Part shown: one piece after another, positions 9,573-19,420 of the stretch
Layout: every line of letters begins with the position of its first letter
How positions within the stretch are numbered: the stretch's first letter is position 1
Assembly (NCBI GenBank): GCA_031411295.1
Contig: JANOAV010000044.1
Location: 1 to 64,000 of the forward strand
Direction of reading: 5' to 3'
DNA: 64,000 nucleotides
DNA from: Verrucomicrobiales bacterium
Lineage (GTDB): Bacteria; Verrucomicrobiota; Verrucomicrobiia; Verrucomicrobiales; V1-33
The notes under the pieces: model-generated
Database searches by the model: none
Told to the model about the DNA's origin: nothing
The model's input: the letters and a program-made list of their open reading frames with translations, nothing else
Made by a program: the position numbers and the translations under genes

Positions 9573-9623
9573 AAAAAAACTTTCGCCAATCTCGACATAA
9601 ATTTCAGCGGCCGGGGTAAAGAC
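9573..9623 (+). repeat. 51-bp direct repeat, copy B, containing putative ECF promoter copy 3 at 9594..9621
   Basis: aaaaaaactttcgccaatctcgacataaatttcagcggccggggtaaagac; ends 17 nt before ATG 9641. Confidence 0.9.
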
Positions 9624-9640
9624 CTTTGACTACACTCATT

Positions 9641-12600
9641 ATGAAATCGAATACACCACACCGCCGTCGTCGCCATCACCTCTGTCTGCTCATGCTTCCC
9701 GCCCTCTGGCAGATTGGCCAGCCGTTGCGGGCCAACAACACTTGGGACGGCGGTGGCGGCGCGACTTTTCTTTGGAGCAACAACGCGAACTGGGGTTTGG
9801 ACACCGCGCCCGGTTTCGGCACGCTGATTTTCACCGGGGCCGTGGGCAACACCAACATCATGGATGCGAACTACTCCATGAATCAGCTCAACTGGAACGG
9901 CAGCAGCGCGTGGGTGCTGAACAACTCCGGCGGTTCGGTGCTCAGCCTCTTCGACAACGGCGGCACCCAGGCGAAGCTCGAAAGCCTCGGCACGGGCGGC
10001 GTCACCATCAATGCGCCGGTCACCTTTGCCGCGACGGCGGGGGCGGCGTGGGGGAAAATCAACGCCGTCAGCAGCAGCATGACCTTTGGCAGCGGCGGGA
10101 CGCTGACCGTCAATGGCTCGGCGGTGGCGGGCATCCGTTTGTTTGGCGGCAGCGGGGCGATCGCGACGACTTTCAACAACACGGTCAGCGCGACCGGCAA
10201 GTATTTCGCCACCTCCGCCACCGGACAGACGGTGAACATCGGCGGCTCCTTCACGGCGGCGAATTTCTACCTGATGAACACCGGCACGCTGAACCTCAAC
10301 ACCGGCGGCAATCTGAACGGCACCGCCGTCCGCCTCGGCGGTGACTTCGCCACCACGGGCACGCAGAATCTGGCGCTCGGCGCGACGTTCAACCTCACGC
10401 CCGCGCCGGGCGGCCTCACCTTTGCCGGAGTCGTGAATTCGGTCGCGAGCAATACCTCGGGAGCCTTGGTGGTGAATTCGCAGAACACCAGCGGCACGAA
10501 CACGCTGAGCAATCAGATCGCGCTCGACTCGGCGTTGAAGATCACGCAAGCGGCGGGCGGCACGCTCGCCATCACGCAGGTCAAAGGCGGCGATAACACC
10601 ACGGGCACGGACCTCAAGGGCAACACGCTGACGTTCGCGCCCGCCGCCACGGGCGCGATCAATCACAGCGGCACGATCTATAACTCCACGGGCACTGGCT
10701 CCGTGACGCTCAACGGCGCGGGCACCCTGACGCTCTCCGGCGCGAATACTTACTCCGGCGCGACGACTGTGAGCGCGGGAACGCTCAGTGCCGCGAACAT
10801 CGTGGTTTCCGCCGGAAACAGCAATCTGGGCAACACCAGCAGCGCGGTGGTGCTGGGGGACGCCAGCAATCAGGGCACACTGTCCTATACGGGCGGTGCG
10901 GCCACCTATACCCGCGGGTTCACGATCAATGCCGGCGGCGGGCAGTTGACCAATGCCGGCTCCGGCACGCTGACGGTCGCCACCGGCGGGATTGCCGCCG
11001 GCGGAGCGTTCACGGTGGGCGGTGCTTCCGGCAAAGACATCACGATCTCCAGCGCGATCAGCAGCACCGGCGGCCTCATCAAGACCGGAGCGGATACCTT
11101 GACCCTGTCTAACACGGGTAACAGCTTTAGCGGTGGAGTAACGCTGGGCGCGAGCGTGGGCACCATCATTGCCAACGCAATCGGCGGCACCAATGCCACC
11201 GGGTTGGGCACCGGGGCCGTCGCCATCGGCACCGGATCTACGGTCGAGCTTAAGACTACCTCCGCCTCCACAGCTATCGTCATTAACAACACTTTCACCG
11301 GCACCGGTCTCCTCAAGGTGACCTCCACGGGAGATTCGGGGGCTCCGAATAACAACCTCAATGGCATCAATGGCTTTAGCGGAACCGTTGAGCTGGCTAA
11401 CGACGGAGGCGCCGGCAGAGGCAAGCTGGCCGGCACCATCAACGCCCCCAACGCCACGCTCCAGATTGACAGCGGCAGTCAGATTTACGTCGGGTTCTTT
11501 GGTGCGCAGACCTACAAGGACATCAAGGTCAGCGGCGCTGGCAACGGGGAAAATCTCGGTGCCATCCGGTTCGATTCCAACAGGACTCTCACGGTGAGCG
11601 GAAGCGTGAGTTTGCTCGGAGATACCACCATCGCCGCGGGCGGGTTCACGGGTGATGGCACGCTGAGCGGCAAAATCACCAGCGGGGCCGCGGGCACCCA
11701 GACGCTGACTCTCGGCACGGCCTCCGCAGTCAACAACGTCACGCTGAACGGGGATATCGGCGGGGGCACAGGCACCATTGCTCTGACGAAAACAACGGCG
11801 AGCACCGTTATTCTCCTCGGCGCCAACACCTACACCGGCGCCACCCTCATCAGCGCAGGCACGCTGCAACTTGGCAACGGAGCCACGACGGGTTCGCTCT
11901 CGACGAGCAGTGCCATCACCAACAACGGGACGCTGGCCTTCAACCGCAGTAACACTGTGACCCAGGGCACGGACTTCGCCAGCGTCATCAGCGGCAGTGG
12001 TGCGGTGACGCAGATCGGCACCGGCACAACGATCTTCTCCGGGGCGAATACCTACACCGGCGCGACGACGATCAGCGCTGGCACCCTGAGCGTGGCCACC
12101 ATCGGCAACGGCGGAGTCAGTGGGAACCTCGGCGCGGCCAGCAATGCGGCCGCGAACCTCGTCTTCGACGGAGGCACGCTGCAATACACCGGAGCTACGG
12201 CCAGCACGGATCGCAACTTCACGGTCAATGCCGGCAAGACTGCGACCTTCGACATCACCACCAACAACCTCACCGTGAGCGGTGCCTCCACCGCCAGCAA
12301 CGGCGCGCTGACCAAGACCGGCACCGGCACGCTCACGCTCTCCGGTGCGAATACTTACACGGGCGCGACGACTGTCAGCCAGGGCACGCTGGTCTTGAAC
12401 AATAATTCCGCCGCCGGGGGTTTCGCGGCGGGCACCATCACTCTGGGGAACGGGGCTACCGGCAACAGCAACGTCGAGTTGCAGTTTGGCAGCGGCGTCA
12501 GCGGATTCGATCTCACTCTCCCCAACGGCAGCGGCGTCCGGCGCGTGAACCCCATCACCGTGGCCAACACGGGAAGCTCGGGGACGGCAACCATCGCTTT

Positions 12601-15600
12601 TAGGCAGGATGCATCCGCCTACATTTACACGGATCTGACACTCAATCGAGCCACCGTCCTTACGTCCGACAGCTCCTCCCGCCAGGCTCGTGGTTGGGTG
12701 GGGCGGATCACCGGTTCAGGTGCGGGTGTCGGCAACGATACCGTCATCTACGATGCCGGCGTTAACAATTGGCTGGAATTCGCCCCGAAGAGCACGGGGG
12801 TCTCAGGAACAACCCCCGCGAACACGTTCTCAGGCAATCTCCGCGTCAAGAGCGGCAACCTGGAAGTCGCGAATGTTTCCTACCTCGGCGACGTCCCCGC
12901 CAATTCCAACTTGATGATCCCCGACGCCGCCAGCGTGACGGTGGACGCAGGGGCCGCGTTGATATTCGTGTGGGGCGATGAGACGTTCGATGCGCTCAAC
13001 GGCGGCGGCAGTATCGCGCGGAACACCGGCGATGGCCAAGGCATCCGCACGCTGACGATCGGGGCCAGCGGCGGTTCGGGAAACTTCAGCGGCGCGATCG
13101 CAGCCACCACCTTGGGAGCCGAAACGTTCCAGCCGGGAGTCAACATTACCAAGACCGGCAGCGGCACGCAGATCTTCTCCGGCGCGAATACTTACACCGG
13201 CGCGACGACGGTGAGCGCGGGCGTTCTGCGCCTCAACGGAGCCACCTCCCTCCCGGGCGGGATCGATACCACGGTGGGGGCGGGTGAAAGTGCGCTGACC
13301 CTGAATGGCGGCGTGCTCGGCCTCGGTGCGGGCAATTTCACCCGCAACCTCGGCACCGGAGCCGGACAAGTGCAGATCAACGCAGGCGGCGGTGGCTTCG
13401 CGGCTTACACCGCGGACCGGCTCGTGAATCTCGGCGGCGCGACCGCAACGGTCACCTGGGCGAGCGGCAGCTTCGTGCCCACGGGCAGCAACCTCATCCT
13501 CGGCGCGGCCGATGCCACGCACACGGTCACTTTCCAAAACCCGATCAACTTCAACGCCGCGACGCGCACCGTGCAGGTGGACAATGGTGCCGCCACCGTG
13601 GATGCGATCCTCTCCGGCGCCCTGAGCAACGGCGGCCTGACGAAGACCGGCGAAGGCTCACTGACGCTCTCCGGTGCGAACACCTACACCGGCGCAACGA
13701 CCATCAGTGCGGGCACGCTGAGCGTGGGCACGATTGGTAACGGTGGCGTGGCCAGCGGGAATCTCGGCTCGGCCTCCAGCGCGGCCGCGAACCTCGTCTT
13801 CGACGTCGGCACGCTGCAATACACCGGAGCTACGGCCAGCACGGATCGCAACTTCACGATCAATGCCGGCAAGACGGCGACCTTCGACATCGCGACCGCC
13901 GCTACCAACCTCACCGTCAGCGGCGCCTCCACCGCCACGACCGGCGCTCTGACCAAGATCGGCGCGGGCACGCTTACCCTTTCCGGGTTCAATACTTTCA
14001 CTGGAGCGGTGCAGGTGAATGCGGAGACGCTGAATATCTTCAACGATGCCAACCTCGGGACGGGTATCACCGTCACCCTCGCGGGCGGCACGCTGCTATC
14101 CTCGTCCACCTGGTTGTCCCACCCGCTCGCCATCAGCACTGCCAGCACCATCGACACGGCCTATGGCTTCACCACGACCGATAATGCCGCGCTCACTGGC
14201 TCCGGCACGCTGACGAAAACGGGCGGCGGAACCTTTTCCCTCATCTCCGGCTCGGGCAATACTTTCAGCGGTAACATCACTCTCGCCACCAATGGCGGCA
14301 CCCTTCAGATCGGCGGCACGCCGGCCAGCAATCCGGCGGGCGGGGCCACGCTCGGCAGCCTGACTTCAGCCAATACCCTCACGGTCAATCGCGGCGCCAC
14401 CTTCAACATCGAGGACAATGCCAGCTTTACTTCATTTACCGACCGTCTTGGCTCGGCGGGTAACCGTCCGGCGGTGTCGTTGAATGGCGGCACCTTGAGC
14501 CTCAATGGTGTCAACTTCGCCGCCGTCACGACCCAGACCCTCGGCGCGCTGACCCTGGCCTCCGGTGCTTCCACGATCAATGTCACCCGCAACACCTCGG
14601 GCACGCCCGAGCTGATCTTCTCCAGCCTGAGCAAGACTTCGGGTGCCTTTGCCAACTACACCGGCACCGCGCTCGGCAACGGCACGAATGACGGACGGAT
14701 TCTCTTCACCAGCGCGCCCACGCTCATCGGGGGCGGCGGCGCGGCGAACAGTCCGACCATCAGCATCCTGCCCGGCGCGCGATCGGGCAACGATCTGGTC
14801 ACCTATGACGCGGTGAATGGCATCCGGCCTTTGGTCCTGGCGGAATACAACGCGGTGGCCGGGAATAACATCACCGGCGCGGGTGCCACGCAGAATGTGA
14901 ACATCTCCAACGCCACTCCGACGGCGTTCACCGCGCTTTCGGGAGCGAAGACCATCAACTCTCTCGTCATCACCGCCCCCGCTGTTTCGACTTGGGCGAT
15001 GGGAAATACGCTGACACTCACCAGCGGCCAGTTCATTCACAGCGCGGCATCCGCACACACGCTCAACATCAGCAGCGGCACCCTCACCGCCGGCACCGGG
15101 GCCGTGGGCACGGTGGACCTCGACCTGTCGATCCTGAACAGCACGGTGACTCTCGGAGCCAATGTGAATAACAACGCCTCGACGGTCGTGGGCCTGGTCA
15201 AGAATGGGGCCGGCAGCCTCTCGCTGAATAACACAGCGGACAGCACCTATTCCGGCAGCACCTTCGTCAACGAGGGAACGCTCACCACCGGCATCACGGC
15301 CAGCCGTCGTTATCTGGGCACGGGAGCGGTGACGGTCAACGCGGGTGGAATCCTGAGTCTGGGAGCGATCGGGGCCACATCTTTCAGCGGGAGCATTGGC
15401 TCACCGACCTACACGGCGAGGACCGGCGGGCAAATCCAGATCGCGAATGCCGTTCCCGCGGTCAATGAGTTTTTCAAGATCGAATCCGGCGCGGCCATCA
15501 TCAATGCGGGCACCACCAGCGCGGGCGGACTGGATTTGAATACGAACCTCAACGCCGCCGCGGGCGCGGTGCTGGCGGAGACGAGTGCCGGCTTTAACGC

Positions 15601-17800
15601 CGCCATCAAAAAAGGCGGCGTCGCCATCCAGACCGCCCTGACCACGCCCACCTATCATTTTGGGCTGGCGTCCTCCATTAACGAAAACGTCACCGTGGGA
15701 ACGGGGACGCCTTGGCTGGGGCTGAGCAGTCTCCCCGGCGTCGGGGTCAGCGGCGTAGTATACGGCGGGGCGACGGCGAATAACACCCTCACGGCCAACA
15801 GTGATTTCACTCTCCAAGGCATGACCCCTTCCGGCTCTGGAGGAATCGGCCAGCCTAACTACTTATACCTCGGCTTCGGTGCAAGTGCGACGAACATCAC
15901 CAAGATCGCCACACCCAATGGCAATGTGAACGCCAACATCGTGGGGGGCGTATTTCTGTGGAACGACAACAGCCAGTATGGCTCGGCCGGGAACAAGGTA
16001 ACCTTCCAAGTCTCCTCCGGGGCCTCGCTAGGTGCTGCGACTGCGAATGCGCAAGGCGTCGTCGCTGGAGCGGCGACCGCCCCGGCCAGCATCGTGGTGC
16101 AAAATGGCGGCACGGTTTTCCCAAGCGATCCCAACGCCTTCAATGGCAGCGTGACGATCCAGCCCGGCGGCACATTCAGCCATGGCCAATCCACGCTCAC
16201 CGGAACGGGAACCATCACCCACTCGAATGGCTCGATCCTCTCTTTGTCAAGCGCGACGGCGGTCAGCGGCGCTACCCAGTCCCTCGGCACCCTCCCCGGC
16301 ACCATCGTGCGCATGTATAACTACTATGGGTATACGCCCGGAACGAGCACGCTGGGAGTCACGCAATTCGACAGCGGCCTGAACGATGCCGCCGTCTATA
16401 ACGTCTTGAGTTTCGGAGCCATGGGGAATGCGGCGTCGGCGACCGATTCCTTGTTCACGCTCAGTGCCAATGGTGGCATCGGGGGCGTGCTCACCGCTGC
16501 GCCGAACAGCGGCCTGAGTGCGGCGACGGGCGTCGTTGCGGTCGGCCCCGGAGGAGGGACGTTCGCCGGAGCCAACGGCAGTTCCTTCTATATGAATGAG
16601 AACTTCGCCCTCGGAGCCAACACGCTGACCATCGGTTCAGCGCAATCCTACGATGGCTACCAGCGACTGGGCGGAGTTTATCTCTACTCCACTGCCGGCA
16701 CCAACACCGGCAGCGCCGGGAGCGTCATCTCGGTCATCAATGGAGCCTACCTCCAGTTCGGCGATGCCGGGCAGATCCCCGACGCCACCCGCCTGACCGT
16801 CAATAGCGGCGGCTATGTGTATCTGAATGGCTCCGAAACCGTGGAGTCGCTGACCGGTGCGGGCTCCATCTACAACTACTACGGCCCCGCCACCCTGACG
16901 CTCGCTCCCACCACCACCGACGCCAACTTCTCCGGCACCCTCTACTCCTCGACCCCGGCCAACCTCGCCCTGACCAAGACCGGCACCGGCACGCAGACCC
17001 TCTCCGGCGCGAACACTTATACTGGCGCGACCCTCATTCAAGGGGGGACACTGTTGCTGAGCGGAGCGGGAGCGCTGGCGGACACTACTGATGTTAGTTT
17101 GACCGCCAGTTCCTCGTTCAGCATTGCGGGCATCAACGCCGCCAGTGAAACGGTGGGCTCGCTGTCCGGCGTGAGTGGCTCCTCGGTGGATCTGGGAGGC
17201 AAAAATCTGACGGTCAGTAACAATGCGAATTTCACGTTTTCCGGAGTTGCCTCAGGTAGTGGCGGCAGTCTGACCAAAGCAGGCACGGGGATCATGACCC
17301 TGAGCGGAAACAACACTTACAGCGGAGGCACGAATCTGACCGGTGGCACCCTGCTGATGGGAGCCAGCAATGTGCTGCCGAATACCGCGACCCTGAACCT
17401 CAGCTCCGGCACCAAGCTGGACACTGGCGGCTTCAGCGACACCACGGGCGCCCTCAGTGTCACCGGCCCTGCGGTGATGGATCTGGGAACTAGTGCTGGT
17501 TCCCAGCTAACATTTAGTAACGTGGGAACCTGGAGCAGTCTCCTCAGTGTCTGGAATTACACGGGTGCCCCGTGGACGCCGGGGACGGATAAGCTGATCT
17601 TTACCAGCGGAAGCAACACCATCAACCTCGCCAACGTCCAGTTCTTCAGCGACAACGGGCTGACGCAGATCGGCACCGGCGGCGGCGGGCTTATCGGCAA
17701 TGAACTGGTGCCGGTGCCGGAGCCAGGAGCCGTGTTGGGTGGCGGGGTGCTGCTGGCCTTGGTAGGCTGGCGGGAACGGCGGCGGCGGGCCACTGTTTAA
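9641..17800 (+). CDS. Giant autotransporter-associated beta-strand-repeat (PATR) surface protein with a PEP-CTERM sorting signal
   Basis: About a dozen 'K.G.GTLTLSGANTY.GAT.(V/I)S.GTL' repeats; G/T/S/N/A-rich; C-terminus VPVPEP + hydrophobic helix + RERRRR; no beta-barrel. Start at MKSNTPH. Confidence 0.93.
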   Translation: MKSNTPHRRRRHHLCLLMLPALWQIGQPLRANNTWDGGGGATFLWSNNANWGLDTAPGFGTLIFTGAVGNTNIMDANYSMNQLNWNGSSAWVLNNSGGSVLSLFDNGGTQAKLESLGTGGVTINAPVTFAATAGAAWGKINAVSSSMTFGSGGTLTVNGSAVAGIRLFGGSGAIATTFNNTVSATGKYFATSATGQTVNIGGSFTAANFYLMNTGTLNLNTGGNLNGTAVRLGGDFATTGTQNLALGATFNLTPAPGGLTFAGVVNSVASNTSGALVVNSQNTSGTNTLSNQIALDSALKITQAAGGTLAITQVKGGDNTTGTDLKGNTLTFAPAATGAINHSGTIYNSTGTGSVTLNGAGTLTLSGANTYSGATTVSAGTLSAANIVVSAGNSNLGNTSSAVVLGDASNQGTLSYTGGAATYTRGFTINAGGGQLTNAGSGTLTVATGGIAAGGAFTVGGASGKDITISSAISSTGGLIKTGADTLTLSNTGNSFSGGVTLGASVGTIIANAIGGTNATGLGTGAVAIGTGSTVELKTTSASTAIVINNTFTGTGLLKVTSTGDSGAPNNNLNGINGFSGTVELANDGGAGRGKLAGTINAPNATLQIDSGSQIYVGFFGAQTYKDIKVSGAGNGENLGAIRFDSNRTLTVSGSVSLLGDTTIAAGGFTGDGTLSGKITSGAAGTQTLTLGTASAVNNVTLNGDIGGGTGTIALTKTTASTVILLGANTYTGATLISAGTLQLGNGATTGSLSTSSAITNNGTLAFNRSNTVTQGTDFASVISGSGAVTQIGTGTTIFSGANTYTGATTISAGTLSVATIGNGGVSGNLGAASNAAANLVFDGGTLQYTGATASTDRNFTVNAGKTATFDITTNNLTVSGASTASNGALTKTGTGTLTLSGANTYTGATTVSQGTLVLNNNSAAGGFAAGTITLGNGATGNSNVELQFGSGVSGFDLTLPNGSGVRRVNPITVANTGSSGTATIAFRQDASAYIYTDLTLNRATVLTSDSSSRQARGWVGRITGSGAGVGNDTVIYDAGVNNWLEFAPKSTGVSGTTPANTFSGNLRVKSGNLEVANVSYLGDVPANSNLMIPDAASVTVDAGAALIFVWGDETFDALNGGGSIARNTGDGQGIRTLTIGASGGSGNFSGAIAATTLGAETFQPGVNITKTGSGTQIFSGANTYTGATTVSAGVLRLNGATSLPGGIDTTVGAGESALTLNGGVLGLGAGNFTRNLGTGAGQVQINAGGGGFAAYTADRLVNLGGATATVTWASGSFVPTGSNLILGAADATHTVTFQNPINFNAATRTVQVDNGAATVDAILSGALSNGGLTKTGEGSLTLSGANTYTGATTISAGTLSVGTIGNGGVASGNLGSASSAAANLVFDVGTLQYTGATASTDRNFTINAGKTATFDIATAATNLTVSGASTATTGALTKIGAGTLTLSGFNTFTGAVQVNAETLNIFNDANLGTGITVTLAGGTLLSSSTWLSHPLAISTASTIDTAYGFTTTDNAALTGSGTLTKTGGGTFSLISGSGNTFSGNITLATNGGTLQIGGTPASNPAGGATLGSLTSANTLTVNRGATFNIEDNASFTSFTDRLGSAGNRPAVSLNGGTLSLNGVNFAAVTTQTLGALTLASGASTINVTRNTSGTPELIFSSLSKTSGAFANYTGTALGNGTNDGRILFTSAPTLIGGGGAANSPTISILPGARSGNDLVTYDAVNGIRPLVLAEYNAVAGNNITGAGATQNVNISNATPTAFTALSGAKTINSLVITAPAVSTWAMGNTLTLTSGQFIHSAASAHTLNISSGTLTAGTGAVGTVDLDLSILNSTVTLGANVNNNASTVVGLVKNGAGSLSLNNTADSTYSGSTFVNEGTLTTGITASRRYLGTGAVTVNAGGILSLGAIGATSFSGSIGSPTYTARTGGQIQIANAVPAVNEFFKIESGAAIINAGTTSAGGLDLNTNLNAAAGAVLAETSAGFNAAIKKGGVAIQTALTTPTYHFGLASSINENVTVGTGTPWLGLSSLPGVGVSGVVYGGATANNTLTANSDFTLQGMTPSGSGGIGQPNYLYLGFGASATNITKIATPNGNVNANIVGGVFLWNDNSQYGSAGNKVTFQVSSGASLGAATANAQGVVAGAATAPASIVVQNGGTVFPSDPNAFNGSVTIQPGGTFSHGQSTLTGTGTITHSNGSILSLSSATAVSGATQSLGTLPGTIVRMYNYYGYTPGTSTLGVTQFDSGLNDAAVYNVLSFGAMGNAASATDSLFTLSANGGIGGVLTAAPNSGLSAATGVVAVGPGGGTFAGANGSSFYMNENFALGANTLTIGSAQSYDGYQRLGGVYLYSTAGTNTGSAGSVISVINGAYLQFGDAGQIPDATRLTVNSGGYVYLNGSETVESLTGAGSIYNYYGPATLTLAPTTTDANFSGTLYSSTPANLALTKTGTGTQTLSGANTYTGATLIQGGTLLLSGAGALADTTDVSLTASSSFSIAGINAASETVGSLSGVSGSSVDLGGKNLTVSNNANFTFSGVASGSGGSLTKAGTGIMTLSGNNTYSGGTNLTGGTLLMGASNVLPNTATLNLSSGTKLDTGGFSDTTGALSVTGPAVMDLGTSAGSQLTFSNVGTWSSLLSVWNYTGAPWTPGTDKLIFTSGSNTINLANVQFFSDNGLTQIGTGGGGLIGNELVPVPEPGAVLGGGVLLALVGWRERRRRATV
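12146..12256 (+). repeat. Intragenic 111-bp near-identical duplication (partner 13781..13891)
   Basis: gcggccgcgaacctcgtcttcgac...gcgaccttcgacatc, with 4 mismatches by eye, inside a longer diverged duplicated module. Confidence 0.85.
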
Positions 17801-17952
17801 ATCATTTCCAGTTTAAATTGAGTGAGCAGCCCAGCGGGCAGTTCCACATTCTTCCTGACGTCGGCCGCCACGGTTTAGCTTGGATGTCTCCAAGCTTCCG
17901 TCAGAAATGCAAAGGCTTGACAGTGGGTGGAAATTTCGCCACTGAGTGGAGT

Positions 17953-18378
17953 ATGATTCCAGTTCGTCCAATTTCGTTCCTCGCTTTGTTGTGCGCTCTT
18001 CTGAGCGCCTCCTGTTCTGCCACCTACCATGCGGCGGGTAAGGTGACCAAACGTGGCTCCGTGCAGGTGACGCATGATTCCAAGGATTCGGGCGATGCCA
18101 AGGTGAAGGCGGCCCTCCGGAAGGAATTTATCACACGTGGGTTCACGCTAACGGAATCCAATCAGAGTGATTTTGTGGCCAGCTTCAAGGATGTCTGGCG
18201 TTTCGATGTGCTGATGTATTTGAGCCGACTGGAACTCCGGCTCACGGAACGTCGTTCCGGGACGGTGCAGGCGGAAGCCTCGTATGGGAACTCGGGAGTG
18301 CATTTGGATCGCTCGGTGGAGAAGGTGGTTAGCAAACTTTTCGAGCAACTGGATCAACAAGGTGTTTTTGGTGGTTAG
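17953..18378 (+). CDS. Putative lipoprotein
   Basis: MIPVRPISFLALLCALLSAS-C lipobox-like signal peptide; heads the folA gene run. Confidence 0.65.
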   Translation: MIPVRPISFLALLCALLSASCSATYHAAGKVTKRGSVQVTHDSKDSGDAKVKAALRKEFITRGFTLTESNQSDFVASFKDVWRFDVLMYLSRLELRLTERRSGTVQAEASYGNSGVHLDRSVEKVVSKLFEQLDQQGVFGG

Positions 18379-18398
18379 CGGACCACCTCCAAGGGTTC

Positions 18399-18914
18399 AT
18401 GATGCTATCCCTCATCGCTGCGGTCTCGGAGGATGGGTTCATCGGCCAGGATGGTAAAATCCCGTGGTCCCTGCCGCGCGATGTAGCTCATTTCCGGCAG
18501 TATTGTGCCGGGAAATGGTTGTTGCTAGGGAGGCGAACGTATGAGGAAATGAGCGGTTGGTTCCGGGATCATCATCCGCTGATTCTGACGCGCAATAAAT
18601 CGTTCCAGCCGAGTGTGGGAACCCGGGTGGCGAGCGTGGGGGAGGCTCTGGAGTTGGCTCGGAAGCAGTCGGTGCCGGAGTTAGTGGTGCTTGGGGGTGG
18701 GGAAATTTTCGCGCTGGCAATGCCGTTGGCACAACGGTTGATTTTGACCACGGTGCATACTAAGGTGGGCCGCGGCACGCGATTTCCAGACTGGGTGGCC
18801 CCGGACTGGCGCTGTTTGCAGCAGGAAACTTTCCTGCCAGACGACCAGCACGCGTTTCGGCATACCATCGCCACCTATCAACGAATCCCCCCTATCACCC
18901 CAGACCAAACATGA
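18399..18914 (+). CDS. folA: Dihydrofolate reductase
   Basis: LIAAVSEDGFIG..GKIPW.LPRDVAHFR, LLGRRTYE, VLGGGEIF. Confidence 0.93.
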   Translation: MMLSLIAAVSEDGFIGQDGKIPWSLPRDVAHFRQYCAGKWLLLGRRTYEEMSGWFRDHHPLILTRNKSFQPSVGTRVASVGEALELARKQSVPELVVLGGGEIFALAMPLAQRLILTTVHTKVGRGTRFPDWVAPDWRCLQQETFLPDDQHAFRHTIATYQRIPPITPDQT

Positions 18915-19408
18915 AACGCCGCACCTTCCTAACCACCACTTCGCTTCTCGCAACGAGCCTTGCCGCTCAAGCGGCAGATCCCGCCAAGCCTGGCAAGCCC
19001 ACCTCTGGCAAGGTGGTGAAGACCGAGGAAGAATGGAAGCAACAGCTCACCGAGTTGCAATTCAAAGTGACTCGCAAGCATGGCACCGAACCCGCTTTCA
19101 AAAATGAATACGCCGACAATCACGCCAAGGGCATCTACACCTGCGTGTGCTGTAGCCAGGAGCTTTATAGTTCCGAAGCCAAGTTTGAAAGCGGCACCGG
19201 TTGGCCCAGTTTCTTTCAACCGATCGCGCCCGAAAAAATCGGCACCACGGTGGACAAGAAACTGTTCTACGAGCGCACCGAAGTTCATTGTTCGCGTTGT
19301 GATGCCCACTTGGGGCATGTCTTCAAGGATGCTCCTGCCACGCCCACGGGCATGCGCTACTGCATGAATTCGGCAGCGATGAAATTTATCCCAGCCAAGG
19401 CGAAATAG
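18911..19408 (+). CDS. msrB: Peptide-methionine (R)-S-oxide reductase with Tat signal
   Basis: MKRRTFL twin-arginine leader; GTEPAF, CVCC, SGTGWPSF, RTEVHC, HLGHVF, RYCMNS. Confidence 0.95.
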   Translation: MKRRTFLTTTSLLATSLAAQAADPAKPGKPTSGKVVKTEEEWKQQLTELQFKVTRKHGTEPAFKNEYADNHAKGIYTCVCCSQELYSSEAKFESGTGWPSFFQPIAPEKIGTTVDKKLFYERTEVHCSRCDAHLGHVFKDAPATPTGMRYCMNSAAMKFIPAKAK

Positions 19409-19420
19409 CGTTTCGCCTGC

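Noticed and set aside
9545..12184. 879-aa antisense ORF and many other long shadow ORFs (e.g. 3318..4196, 22250..23239, 58943..60154, 60766..62079)
   Set aside because: They lie opposite well-supported genes and have no motifs; expected artefacts of high GC and codon bias.
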